64,000 nt of DNA from Octopus sinensis (taxonomy: Eukaryota), in contig NW_021836139.1 of NCBI RefSeq assembly GCF_006345805.1, forward strand, positions 124,001 through 188,000. The letters are read 5' to 3'. Below are positions 50,490-63,305 of the stretch, piece by piece. Below the pieces are notes generated by a model. That model had not been told where the DNA came from and searched no databases. It saw only the letters and a list, made by a program, of their open reading frames with translations. Each line of letters opens with the position of its first letter. The first letter of the stretch is position 1. Made by a program: the position numbers and the translations under genes.

Positions 50490-50853
50490 ATAGGTGCAGG
50501 AGTGGCTCTGTGGTAAGTAGCTTGCAAGGCGGCGGGCTGGCAGAAACGTTAGCACGCCAGGCGAAATGCGTAGCCGTATTTCGTCTGCCGTTACGTTCTG
50601 AGTTCAAATTCCGCCGAGGTCGACTTTGCCTTTCATCCTTTCGGGGTCGATAAATTAAGTACCAGTTACGCACTGGGGTCGATATAATCGACTTAATCCG
50701 TTTGTCTGTCCTTGTTTGTTCTCTCTGTGTTTAGCCCCTTGTGGGTAGTAAAGAAATTGGTATTTCGTCTGCGGCTACGTTCTGAGTTCAAATTCCGCCG
50801 AGGTCGACTTTGCCTTTCAACCTTTCGGGGTCGATTAAATAAGTACCAGTTAC
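50490..50853 (+). mobile_element. Family A head (50490-50525) joined to a family B dimer (50527-50853)
   Basis: 'ggagtggctctgtggtaagtagcttgc' is followed directly by 'ggcggcgggctggcagaaacg'. Multimer junction at 50758/59. Confidence 0.88.
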
Positions 50854-50858
50854 GGAAA

Positions 50859-50889
<31 letters not shown>

Positions 50890-50924
50890 AAAATGAGTTA
50901 AAAATTTATACTAGCAATAGTTCT

Positions 50925-51298
50925 ACTCTCTTTTACTCTTTTACTTGTTTCAGTCATTTGACTGTGGCCATGCTGGAGCACCGCATTTAGTCGAACAAAT
51001 CGACCCCAAGACTTATTCTTTGTAAGCCCAGTACTTATTCTACCGATCTTTTGCTGAACCGCTAAGTTACGGGGACGTAAACACACCAGCATCGGTTGCC
51101 AAGCGATGTTGGGGGGACAAATACAGACACACACACATATATATATACGACAGACTCCTTTAAGTTTCCGTCTATCAAATCCACTCATAAGGCGTTGGTC
51201 GGCCGAAGGCTATAGTAGAAGTCAGTTGCCCAATGTGCCACTCAGTGGGACTGAACCCAGAACTATGTGGTTGGTAAGCAAGCTACTTACCACACAGC
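50925..51298 (-). mobile_element. SINE family A
   Basis: Matches the family A consensus in this window. Confidence 0.9.
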
Positions 51299-52039
51299 CC
51301 AACGATCTTTATAAAAAATGAATGCTCAATGCAAGAATATGAAAACTTTGTCATATACTAGATGAATCTTTATTACTTTCCTCTTTGTACGAGTCAGTGG
51401 TGCTTGCTTTTTTTTGGTTTTGTTTTGTGTTCTTTTACGAAATCAGCTAGCATGTACATATATAGTGAGAGTTTAACCTTTTAGTTTCTTCAATATACAC
51501 AAATACATACATTCGGATTGCAAAGCAAGGAGAAAACAAATAGGAAATGAAGTCACACAAGCGAAACGTGAATGAAAATGAGTAGAAATACTTTTTTTCT
51601 AATTTTGGAACAAGGCGAAAATTGCAACGTCAGTTTACATTGCATACCCTGCACAAAAAGTCAGTTGGGGAGTGGGATAGCAAGACCGGAAGTGGAGTCA
51701 CAGTCTAGGTCACAATGAAAGGTGGAAGAGAGGAATTACGTGAGAGAGTACACAGAGAGAGAGAGAGAGAGAGAACAACAAATAGAACAAGAAAGGAAAG
51801 ATGAGAAAGAGCAAGAAATAAAGAGAATAATTGAAGAGAGGAAAGGAAAGAAAGTGAGAAAGACATGCTAAAAAAATAAGACTGGGGGAGAGAACAAGTG
51901 AGAGAGAGAGGGAGAGAGAGAAGGGAAAGGAAGAAAGAAGGTGTGCTTTAAATATCGGGTGTTTATTGTCGTAAAGTGTTGTTAGATGTGCAATCTAGAT
52001 GGCGAATTTCATTTAATACGTGTCAAGGAATTTTAAGTT

Positions 52040-54400
52040 GGTGTGTCTATGTGTGCAACAATCACTCTTGCAATACGATGCATCGATCCAGTTAATAATG
52101 CAAAGTTACATGCATATAAATATATACGTACACACATACAAACACACATGCATACATACAATCGAAAGTGCACTTTAATTTTTGTATATGTACACATGTG
52201 TAATGTCTGTGCATTATTATGGATAAATATGATTAGCGTGAAGTAAATGAGAGGCAGTTGTGCGCAGTGTATATGTGTGTTGTGAAATATATGTAGAGGT
52301 AGCTTGTTCAAATGTGTTTGTAGGTGTAAGGCAGGGGTGGGCAAACTACGGCCCGCGGGCCGCATGCGGCCCGCCATAGGTTTTCATGCGGCCCGCCGAG
52401 AGCTTTTATGAATCCCAACTTCTATGCAGATACTTCGTAACTGTACGGTAATTCACAATATTTTCACTTGATTTTTATAAATGAGGCCCGCCAAGGTTCC
52501 AAAGACGCACTGTGCGGCCCGCGATCAAAAAAGTTTGCCCACCCCTGGTGTAAGGCAACTGTGTGCATATGTGCCCAGGGAGTATGTAGTTACGTCTGAA
52601 TGCCAGTGGATATGCGCTGTAAGTTCAGTCTATGTGAATAAATAAAGTATATAAGATGGTTTATATAGTTTGTGAGCTGCATATGTTTGTTTGACAGGTT
52701 AGCTTGAAGTGTAGGAGAGCAAAATGGAGTAGAGGAGGTTAAAAATGACCATGATCTTCCTGCTCGACTGGAAGGACAACCGAGATGAACTATGTGGTGA
52801 TATTCATTGTGAGAACAATGAGAGAACAATCCATGAGGAAAGATAATTCTGTTGTTCGAGATATGGGAAATAGTGTGGATAGAACAGTGTGACTTGAACA
52901 GATGATGTGTTGTTTGACAGGATGTCATGTAGGTGTTCAGTGATATGATACGCTAGTCGATTTCTCCATTATATGAGACCAAAAAACAAACACATTTAAG
53001 GTCTTAAATGACATTTCCCGTGGTACAAATGAAACTGTCAGTAATAAGGAAAGGATGTTAATTAAATTCAAGAAGGGCAGTAATATTGTGGACGTAATAG
53101 CATATTTTAGACCAAGCTTAGGAGCAGAGAGGGGAAGATCCGATGTGGAGGTGTAGTAGAGCTACAGACTAAACTGTTGCGCAAATTAAGGCTTCGTTTA
53201 AAGAAGGGGATTAAATTTTCATAGAATATGGGAATGTGGCAGAGTCTGAATGAAAGAGACGGAAAGTGTGCACGATGGATTATTGAAAATGTTAGGCATT
53301 AAAGTTACAAGAGAGGAGGAGGAAGAACATATGATGTAGGGCAAGGTAAATGCGGATGTGAGCGTGAAGATGCAGTCAACACTACGGCAGCGGATGTGGG
53401 CAATACTTTTCACTAGTCTGGGAATAGCCCTGATGCACGAACTGATGGGCCATCAGATGAAACATGGTTTCATAATCACAATCATGGTGGTAAATCAATA
53501 GGAACTGTATTGTGGAGATGGAAGATTATTGGGTGTTCTGGATAAGAAGAGATTTTGCCAGTCAATTGTGACAGAGATGTCAAGGACATTTTGGGGGAGG
53601 AGATGGTGATGGAATTGAATTCAAGGGCTATGTTAAAAGAATTAATGAAATTGATAAAGGTTGTGAGCTGAGAATAAGTGAGAGAAATGGCATCGATGCA
53701 ACCATCTACATGCCTACTATGCAGTTCTTGAGAGGAACCAGGCACCTGGACGATTTGAATATCAGCACATGCAGCAAAGTATTTAGCACACCTAGGACAA
53801 ACCCTTGTCCTCTTAGCCACCCCAGTGTCCTACTGATAAACTTACCCGTATGAAGATAAACGATTCAATATAAGAACAAAGTAAGAAAAGCGGAGGAGTG
53901 GCAAGGTGCTAAGCTCAAAGAATTGCACGAAGGTCCAAGAAGTACTTGAAGGTGAGGTGTTGGAGAAGGTGAAGTGTGGGGAGTTTCAGTTTTTTAGTAT
54001 GGGAGAGGAACTGAAATGGGTGATGGTGATTGAGATGGTCGATGAAATAGATCATGGTTTAGGAGAGTTATGGAAAGTAGGTAGAAAAAACTGGGAGTAT
54101 GGTGGATAGTTCACTTCAATCTGTTGAATCGGAATTGAATGGAGTGAAAGGTGGAGAGTAAGAGAGGTCGGGAGTACTGAGTGAGCAAGGGCGAGCTAGC
54201 AGAGGTGTGACATAAGGTAGGATTAAAGGGAAGAAGAAAATCATTTGAGAAAAGATTCTGTTGCAGACTGTAGTTAAGGGAGCGATGTGGCTTGAATACC
54301 GAGTTTTAATGAGGATAAGAGTGATCAGGTGTATGCATATGTGATGGTAGCAGAGACTTAGGGATTGTAAAGTAAAAGTGAAGCAGATGTAAATAGGATT
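52040..54400 (-). mobile_element. Decayed Penelope-like element (RT plus GIY-YIG)
   Basis: 'YQ*DTGVAKRTRVCPRCAKYF' (GxxMG motif, ~53780-53845), 'RHVDGCI...LTTFINFINSFNIALEF' (RYVDD region) and 'YNGE...R..ITEHLHDI' (GIY-YIG, ~52910-52975). Boundaries are approximate. Confidence 0.75.
52332..52547. mobile_element. hAT (Charlie/Buster-like) MITE, 216 bp
   Basis: Perfect 16-bp TIRs caggggtgggcaaact / agtttgcccacccctg; exact 8-bp TSD gtgtaagg (52324-52331 / 52548-52555); subterminal gcggccc repeats. Confidence 0.93.
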
Positions 54401-54512
54401 TAAAATGTAATATCAGTTTTTGAAAACATTGCTCCACCTATATTTGCATATATTGAAAATTATTATTTGTACTCATAAGTATTTATTTTATTCATATAGA
54501 ACCGTTTCTATG

Positions 54513-54728
54513 CCTCTTTTACTTGTTTCAATCATTTGACTGTGGCCATGCTGGTGCAACGCCTTTAGTCGAGCAAATCGACCCCAAGACTTATTCTTTG
54601 TAAGCCTAGTACTTATTCTATCGTTCTCTTTGGCCGAACCGCTAAGTTACTGGGAGGTAAACACACCACCATCGATTGTCAAGCGATGCTGGGGAGACAA
54701 ACACAGACACACAAACATAAGCACACAC

Positions 54729-54788
<60 letters not shown>

Positions 54789-54965
54789 TATGTGTGTGTG
54801 TGTGGTGTGTGTGTGTGTGTGTGGTGTGTGTGTGTGTGCACATATATACGACGGGCTTCTTTCAGTTTCCGTCTGCCAATCCACTCACACGGCTTTAGTC
54901 GACCCGAGGCTATAGTAGAAGACACTTGCCCAAGGTGCCACGCAGTGGGACTGAACCCGGAACCA
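54513..54965 (-). mobile_element. SINE family A
   Basis: Matches the family A consensus in this window. Confidence 0.9.
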
Positions 54966-55543
54966 CTTCTGCGCCTATCTATTTTCATTTATTTGTGTAC
55001 GGGTCCTCTGATATACACATATACTCTACATGTTCTCTAATATTTTCCTCGTTCCATCTATTGCAGTCAGTCAAATATCGGAATCAAAAATAATTAGCAG
55101 GAATGATTTCTGAATATAAAAACAAGAAACATTATTTTATCACTGCTGTCTTCTTTTCCACGTTGAAGTATTATATATTTGCTCATAAAGATATATGTGT
55201 ATTTACCTGTACGTACATATTTATATGCATGTACATGTATAGTCAAATGCTTACATTCAAACGTACACACACTCACACACACTCACACATACACACATAT
55301 ATACGCACACATACACATATATATGTACACATATGTATAATCATATATATGAACTTATATATAATGTATATATATGTATTATTATATTTATATCTATACT
55401 TATATATTACATACATGTAATATAATTGCTTAATTTTTCACAAGTTTTGCATGTCTTTAAACAGTCTTCATGACTTACATGCATGCATGCATCCATGTGC
55501 ATATATATATATAATATATATATATATACACACACACACACAC

Positions 55544-55574
<31 letters not shown>

Positions 55575-55733
55575 GTATATATACTCACACAAGTAAATTG
55601 TTACGTAGATAAATGTTTGCATACTGTGCACATTGTATGTATGCTTATATATATGTGTATATATATGTTTATCTCTCCCTCTCTCTCCCTTCCTCTCACC
55701 TCTCCCTTTCTCTCTCTCTATATATATACATGC

Positions 55734-55778
<45 letters not shown>

Positions 55779-55945
55779 TATATATACACACATGCACACA
55801 CAGGCACACACACATACATACATATACATATACATACATACATATATATATATATATGTGTATATATACACACATACATATATATATACATACATATATA
55901 TATATATATAGATATATATATATATATATATATATTTATAAATAT

Positions 55946-56014
<69 letters not shown>

Positions 56015-56689
56015 CGCGCGCGACCTTCAAACCAATGTTATACTGCAAAATTACAAGTCACAGAGCATACTTCAGACAACGAATGTAATGCACAAATCTC
56101 GATGTAAACATGAAAGGTGTGAACTTAATGACTGAAACTGTTACATTGGACACACAAGTACGACACTTTCACGTCGGTTGATCAAGCATTTACAGCAAGA
56201 AACCATTACAGAACATTACAAAACATTATAAAACAGTTCACGGAACAAAATCAGATGACAAAAATAATCGATAGCTCTACTATTCTGCATAGAAATTCAC
56301 AAAAAGAAAGTAAAAAAACGATGTCGTTTGAAAGCTTTATTAATATTAAAGCACAAACCAAAGATCAACACAGAGTTACAGAAAACATAATGAATATCAG
56401 GGGTTAATTTTTAAGGAATTTGAATTCCAGTGACGAAACTTATCTCCGTTATAATTCAGTTCACCTACTCTTTTGTTACCAATTGCAAAACGCGCCAGAT
56501 GTATGCCTAGTGCTAATATTTCATTTCTATGTTGAGTTCTGTTTTTCATATTATTGTCTTAGACCTTTATTTTAAATTTGAAACACTAAGATCAATTGCA
56601 GTTTCAAACAATAATTTTCTAAATTTATTAACAACGCTGATAGATTAAGAATATTATTGTTTCAAACTACAACTGAACTCTCTCTCTCT

Positions 56690-57125
56690 CTTTTTACTCT
56701 TTTACTTGTTTCAGTCATTTGACTGTGGCCATGCTGGAGCGCCGCCTTTAGTCGAACAAATCGACCCCAGGACTTATTCTTTGTAAGCCTAGTACTTATT
56801 CTATCGGTCTCTTTTTGCGGAACTTCTAAGTTATGATGACGTAAACACACCGATGCTGGTGTGTTTACGTCGTCGTAACTTATTATGCGATGTTGGTGGG
56901 GACAAACATAGGCACACAAACATATACACACACATACATATATATATACATACATATATATACATATATATACGACGGGCTTCTTTCAGTTTCCGTCTAC
57001 CAAATCCACTCACAAGGCTTTGGTCGGCCCGAGGGTATAGTAGAAGACAGTTGCCCAACGTGCCATGCAGTGGGACTGAACTTGAACCATGTGGTTCATA
57101 AGCAAGCTACTTACCACACAGCCAC
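56690..57125 (-). mobile_element. SINE family A with an internal template-switch hairpin
   Basis: Family A consensus, with an inverted duplication at 56828-56881. Confidence 0.9.
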
Positions 57126-57479
57126 TTATACCCCGAAGTAAAATTAATGTTCAAATTCTAAGATAAAGTACTAATAAGGTAATTTGGAAAATGCTTCATA
57201 AAATGATGAACTTGAAGAGAGTGGTTTCTAAAATATAACATAATTGAATGAAAAACTGTATACATATGCACAAATATATACGCACTTACACCGTATATAC
57301 GCATGCATTTAAACTGATATGTATGTACGCAAGTGCATACACACACACACTCATATACACATATAACATACATATGTATGCATGTATTTATGTAGATGTA
57401 CGGAGCCGCCAATCAGTGTTACCCGATGACGGTCCGGGTGCAACACCCCCAGGGACAATGCATCTGTAGAGTTAAGGAA

Positions 57480-57990
57480 AGCACACGATCAAACGCTTTT
57501 CACTGGTGCTACTAGAAATAAACAGCCTCCCCTTCAGCATGCATGACTTGTATCATACATTCTTGTCGAAACCACGTCTCATAATGGTCTCTGCTACCGT
57601 GAGCTATTCAGTGTTGGTATCCAATATCCTATTGGGGTTGACATTGGTTTTGTCTTGAAACTGATGGACGTTCGTGAGTTCTACCGACGTGTGATTGCTG
57701 AAAAGGATTCTTTCTTCAAACTGTTACGACATATCTCCTGTGTATAACATATCTCCTTCATATCTCCAATGTTTTCTGACTCCGAACACGACTCCGCTAC
57801 TGAAACTGCGATCACAGATCGACCCCCAGGACTTATTCTTTGTAAGCCTAGTACTTATTCTGTGACTGTCTATGAGCACGATGTACCATTTCATTTTGTG
57901 TTAGGTTGACATCTGCCATAGTGATGTCACCGATGGAATTGGAGTTAAAATTCGGCGTATAACACATAACATTACGTTAGCTCGTCTTCT
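57480..57990 (-). mobile_element. Decayed RTE-like RT fragment, with a SINE A fragment at 57815-57862
   Basis: Minus peptide '...RRGFDKNV...GEAVYF...KAFDRV' resembles RT motifs 2-3. Many lesions. Confidence 0.45.
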
Positions 57991-58759
57991 ATTCATGGCC
58001 CGCTACAGTTGTGTTCACAAATTCTCGGCACATTCTATACAGACATACATTCTTTCTCACTTTCCCTCTCTCTCTCTCCCTACCTCCATTCCCCCCTTTC
58101 CCATCTCTCTGTCTCTCTCTCTCACACACAGACACACAGTTATGTGCAATCATATTTACACGTGAACATGGCAAGACGGCACGCTGTAGAAATTGTCTCA
58201 AGAGCAGGAATTCTCCGTAGTTTCAGACACACAACAAGGCTATGTACGACGTCAACGGAACTTAAGCTTCTTGCATTTTTACGTTGTTAGCTTGACAAAG
58301 CTTTCTACACGTTATCAAGTGTATTATTTGCTATTCTAACATAGCAGCAAACACCTCTTAGTGGTCATAAACGACGACTCGCTATACGTCGCTGGTGAAG
58401 CTTAACGTGGCAGGAACGCATGCGTCCTAATGTCTGGTGACGTCAACTTTGAAAGTGATTCCCTACCATATTTGCTGTCCAGTCATCGTAAACTAGTATA
58501 AGGAGAAAAGTATAGCTGTATGTGTGTGTATGTATATATATATATATAGAGAGAGAAAAAATCTATTTACATAATGGTGGTGCTCCAGCATGGCCAGTCA
58601 TTCGACTGAACCATATAAAAGAATAAAAGAATATATGTACGTATGCATTTATATGTGTGTATGTATATATAGATGTACAAACAGACGTCTATATGTGTGT
58701 ATGTACGTATGTACGTATGTATGTATGTATGTATGTAATTATGTATGTATGTATGTATG

Positions 58760-58790
<31 letters not shown>

Positions 58791-58835
58791 TTATGTATGT
58801 ATGTAATTATGTATGTATGTATGTACATATCGTGA

Positions 58836-59025
58836 TAGATCGGTAGCCACTATACACATTTTTTCTCTCCTTGTTTCTCTCCTTATTTCTTTTTGTGTCC
58901 CTTTCTGTAGAAGAGTGTAGGCTCGAAACGTTAAAGACTTTTTCAATTCCTGAGCGTTATACTAATACATCTGTTTGTTTTCTACACCACCTGTCTTCGT
59001 CTTTTGTCTTTTTTTCGTGAACTCT

Positions 59026-59028
<3 letters not shown>
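58836..59028 (+). mobile_element. Short hammerhead-bearing repeat ending at (TA)n (copy 2)
   Basis: Homologous to 47645-47835. Confidence 0.8.
58901..58936 (+). ncRNA. Minimal hammerhead-like motif, A6U core
   Basis: CUUU-CUGUAGA-A GAGU guag GCUC-GAAAC-GUU/AAAG. Perfect stem I. Confidence 0.5.
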
Positions 59029-59076
<48 letters not shown>

Positions 59077-59079
59077 ATA

Positions 59080-59346
59080 ATGGACTCTACCGTTGTTAGA
59101 CGAGGTATGAAGGTTCGACAATTTCTTACCGAACATCTACACAGATGATTTGTTTATTGTAATCAAATGTTTGTGCTCTTATAAGCTCACTCCCTCCATT
59201 AAATCGACACTACATGTACAGGTGCAACTGGGTGCCACATGTCATATGTCAAAATGATTGCAGAGCGACATGAAGACAACGCCCGGTCTGGGAATCGAAC
59301 CCACGATCTCGCAATCGCGAGCGCCTCACCCTAACCACTAAGCCAT
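59080..59346 (-). mobile_element. tRNA-derived SINE (family E)
   Basis: Minus-strand A box 'tggcttagtggttagg' and B box 'gggttcgattcc'. Confidence 0.7.
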
Positions 59347-59516
59347 TAAAAATTAAAGCAGAAGCTCGAGAAAGAAACGAAAAGATAATTCACACACAGG
59401 AATATATACAGATAGCGGTGCTCCAGCATGGCCACAGCTCGTGAGCTTAAACTAGATGAAATGAAAAGAAAAAATATATATATGTGATATATATATGTGA
59501 TATATATATATGATAT

Positions 59517-59554
<38 letters not shown>

Positions 59555-59574
59555 GATATATATATATATATATA

Positions 59575-59760
59575 GTTATTCCAAACAGGAAAACACAAAC
59601 AAAAAAACAACAACGCAAGGACGTGGAACAAATAAAGTATTATTGGACGCTCAGGAAAGAAGGGAAGAAGGAGGGTTTGACGTTTCGAGCGGAGCTCTTC
59701 GTCGGAAACATAGGAGAAGGAAAGATCCCGAGAAGGGAAGACAAGGGGAAAAAAATTCTC
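59575..59760 (-). mobile_element. Short hammerhead-bearing repeat ending at (TA)n
   Basis: Homologous to 4762-4847 and contains the motif at 59675-59709. Confidence 0.75.
59675..59709 (-). ncRNA. Minimal hammerhead-like motif, U4C core, loopless palindromic stem III
   Basis: GUUU-CCGACGA-A GAGC ucc GCUC-GAAAC-GUC/AAAC. Confidence 0.6.
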
Positions 59761-60159
59761 TAGTAGTACAGACGAGGTCACATACTATATATATGCTCTC
59801 GCTTTCTCTCTCTCTCTCTCTCTAGGTATACACACACACACACATACGTATGCATGTATTTATAGATGTATGTATGTAGTTGTGTGTGTATGTTTGCGCG
59901 CGCCGATGTGCGTTGAAAAGGTATTACCATAGGTCCGACTAATTTTTAAACCCAAGCATGACAGAGAGAACTGTAGGAAGGGGGATTAAAGGATGAAATT
60001 TAGCTCTTATGTTGCAATTTTGGTTCAAGGCATAACGACGTTTTAATTACAACATCGTAAAGCAATATCTGGATAACATGAAACAAGGATGGTAAATAGG
60101 ATAGCTATGGTAATGATGATGATGATGATGATTCCAATAGAAAGTGTATAGAAACTCTC

Positions 60160-60381
60160 TTTATTCTTTACTCTCTTACTTGTTTCAGTCATTTGACTGC
60201 GTCCATGCTGGAGCACCGCCTTTAGTCGAGCAAATCGACCCATGGACTTTATTCTTTGTAAGCCTAGTACTTATTCTATCGGTCTCTTTTGGCGGAACTT
60301 TTGCCGAACCGCTAAGTTACGGGGACGTAAACACACCAGCATCGGTTGTCAAGCGATGTTGGGGGGACAAACACAAACACA

Positions 60382-60423
<42 letters not shown>

Positions 60424-60606
60424 TATATATATATATAATATATATATACATATATACGACGGACTTCTTTCAGTTTCCGTCTACGAAATCCACTCACAAG
60501 GCTTTGGTCGACCCGAGGCTATAGTAGAAGACACTTGCCTAAGGTGCCACACAGTGGGATTGAACCCGGAACCATGGTTGGTAAACAAGCTACTTACCAC
60601 ACAGCC
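60160..60606 (-). mobile_element. SINE family A
   Basis: Matches the family A consensus in this window. Confidence 0.92.
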
Positions 60607-61607
60607 AGTCCTGCATTTGTATGTTTTTATAGAATTTCTTTTTTGTTAGACTAAATCCGTTGTCAGTTTTAATACCATCAGTAGCTGGAGTGCAGCGACT
60701 TCATCTGACTGATCCGCACTCTAGCAAGATCAGATCAAAGTTTCAAAATAACTTCTTTTCAACATTTTGAGAGGTTCTGAAGAAGATCATGAGAACTGAT
60801 TCTATTGCCTATGTCATGTAAATTATTTTTTAAATCAAAGTGTTAATAACAAATACAATGGAACTATTCTGCTTCTTTATTTGGTTCTCAACACACTTTT
60901 GTTATCACTGCCATCAACTCTAAAATTTCTGCATTAGATCAGGTGGATACTGGAAACTGACAGTAACTGTCGCAAGAAATTTAATTTGCACTACGATTAG
61001 TGGATTAGATTAACAAGATATACCATTTTCTTGAAATCAAATATAATTTCACACCATGAAATAATAATATAAGTGAAATGTTTTGTTGTATCTTCCTGTA
61101 AGAGTAAGGCGCGGATGTAGCTCACAATTCCATGGCAACCTAGGTTCTTACGATTCTGATAAGTTAAGGAAAAAAAAAGACAATATCAAAAATCACGATT
61201 TTTAATCTTATTGAAATTGCGTTTTCTTTTTGCTTTATTCTTTAAACTTAATTTCTTACATGCAAAACTAGTCTTGAAGTAAAATTTAATTAAAGAGTAG
61301 AACAATGATTACATTTTACTGATAAATAAAATAATGTAAGAAGCAATTTTTAATTTTTTTTCATTTTTGTATGTGTTTATATGGAGGGGAAGTACTTGAT
61401 ATAAAGGCATGTAAGAGTGAGCAAAACGCAGAGAAAAAATATGTAATAATGATTGATCCACAATGGAAAGTGAACGTCAATAAAACGATACAAGCTATAC
61501 ACGAGAAAAAACTAAAAAAAAAATGTTAAGTCATGTAGAAATACGCCGCCACGAAAAAGCTGTCACCTTCAAGAGAATAGGTTATCTATGTAAAGAATCA
61601 AACTATG

Positions 61608-62177
61608 TATTGGGTTGTCCAGAAAGTTCATGCCGATTTTTAAAGGAAAGAAAAGGGCCAATAAATACTTGCCATTACATTTTTATTCAATCAAATATAA
61701 ACCATTTTGTTGCACAATGCGTCTCCATCTTTCCTTTAACTTGAAAATACCCTCTTCTCAGAATTGAGGTGGTTTCGTGGCAAAGAATACATCAAGGTAT
61801 CTTTTTATGTCATCCAAGGAATTGAAATTTTTACCATTAAGACTATTCTGCAGAGACCTGAATAAGTAGAAATCCAAAGGAGCAATATCTGGTGAATATG
61901 GAGCGTAGGGTAACACATCCCAGCCGAGCTGCAGCAATTTTTGTCTGATTCCCAAAGAATCAAGTGCCGAAAAAGGACTTTCTTATCTTCCATTTTAAAG
62001 GGTTACAGAATTAACACAGGTTATAGGAATATAAACCTTCTTCCACGAAAAGATAGCTTAAACTGTGCTGTAACTGGAGGTGTAGTCAAATCCTATTTTA
62101 TGGACTCAACCACGTTCTAAAATAAGTCGAAAGGTAAGCTACTATAAATTGGCATGGACTTTCCGAACAACCCAATA
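61608..62177 (-). mobile_element. Internally deleted mariner (570 bp)
   Basis: TA-flanked TIRs tattgggttgtccagaaagttcatgcc / ggcatggactttccgaacaacccaata. Peptide 'LGWDVLPYAPYSPDIAPLDFYLFRSLQNSLNGK'. Confidence 0.9.
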
Positions 62178-62641
62178 AAACTATGGCAGAATGGACAATC
62201 TACAGTGGAATGTACAAGGTAAATAGAGAACAAAAAATAGTGTAATTCATAGGAATTCGAAAATACTCATAGGAATTCGAAAAAGTGGGCTATACATCTA
62301 CCAACTGGTTGAATTGTATCAACGGGGAAATCAAAGTAGAATATAAAAAAAGTTTAGTTAAGCTAAGAGTATTGTTTGTAGAAATTTCCCCTTATATATT
62401 TAAAGGTTTTTAGCAGCCCCTTTAGATCACTAATAAAGCCTTTATAGGTGTCATGTTATGCTTTGCAGAATCTAGTGACGTGTTCCACATGTTTAGATAT
62501 AAGGCCTCAATTTTTATAAAATTAATAATAGTTCCATACTTGCTACAAATTAACGTTACATATCTTTTTCTTTTTTCTACAAAAACCTAATATTTTTTCT
62601 TTGGGTAACTTCTCTCTGAAGTGCATTTGTATATATTAGAA

Positions 62642-63305
62642 GTGTAGTGGTAGTGGTGGTGGTGGAGGTGGTGGTGGTGGTGGTAGTAGTAGTAGTGGTG
62701 GTAGTGGTGGTGGTGGAGGTGGTGGTGATGGTGGTGGTAGTAGTAATAGTAACAGTAGTAGTAGTAGTAGTATTGGTGGTGGTGGTGGTGGTGGTGGTGG
62801 TGGTGGTGTGGTGGTGGTAGTAGTAGTAGTGGTGGTAGTAGTGGTGGTGGTGGTGGGTGGTGGTGGTGGTGGTGGTGGTGTGGTAGTGGTAGTATTGGTG
62901 GTGGTAGTAGTAGTATTGGTGGTGGTAGTGGTGGTGGTACTGGTGGTGGTAGTGGTGGTGGTGGTGGTAGTAGTAGTGAAAGTAATAGTAGTAGTAGTAG
63001 TGGTGGTGGTGGTGGTGGTGTGGTGGTGGTGGTGGTAGTAGTGGTGGTAGTGGTGGTGGTGGTGGTGGTGGTGGTAGTAGTAGTAGTGGTGGTAGTGGTG
63101 GTGGTGGTGGAGGTGGTGGTGGTGGTGGTGGTGGTGGTAGTAGTAGTAGTAATAGTAATAGTAGTAGTAGTATTGGTGGTGGTAGTGGTGGTGGTACTGG
63201 TGGTGGTGGTGGTGTTGCTGCTGCTGCTGCTGCTGCTACGGCGGCGGTGGTGGTGGTGGTGGTGGCGGCGGCGGCGGCGGCGGCGGCTGCGGTGGTGGTG
63301 GTGGT
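62642..63305. repeat. Compound trinucleotide array (GGT/AGT with GCT and GGC blocks), ~660 bp
   Basis: Read directly. Confidence 0.97.

Noticed and set aside
55407-56135. Long ORFs of YI/HT/CV dipeptides here and at 6918-7446, 17587-18187, 20804-21339, 26271-26655 and 42688-43073
   Set aside because: Open frames produced by (TA)n, (CA)n and (TATC)n repeats.
57415-57470. CCGATGA-CGGTCC...GGGAC hammerhead-like start
   Set aside because: GAAA is absent and stem I is out of register.
58388-58430. CTGGTGA...GGAAC-GCATGC-GTC hammerhead-like string with a 10-bp palindrome
   Set aside because: Two core mismatches, a weak stem II and a broken stem I; cannot be distinguished from chance.
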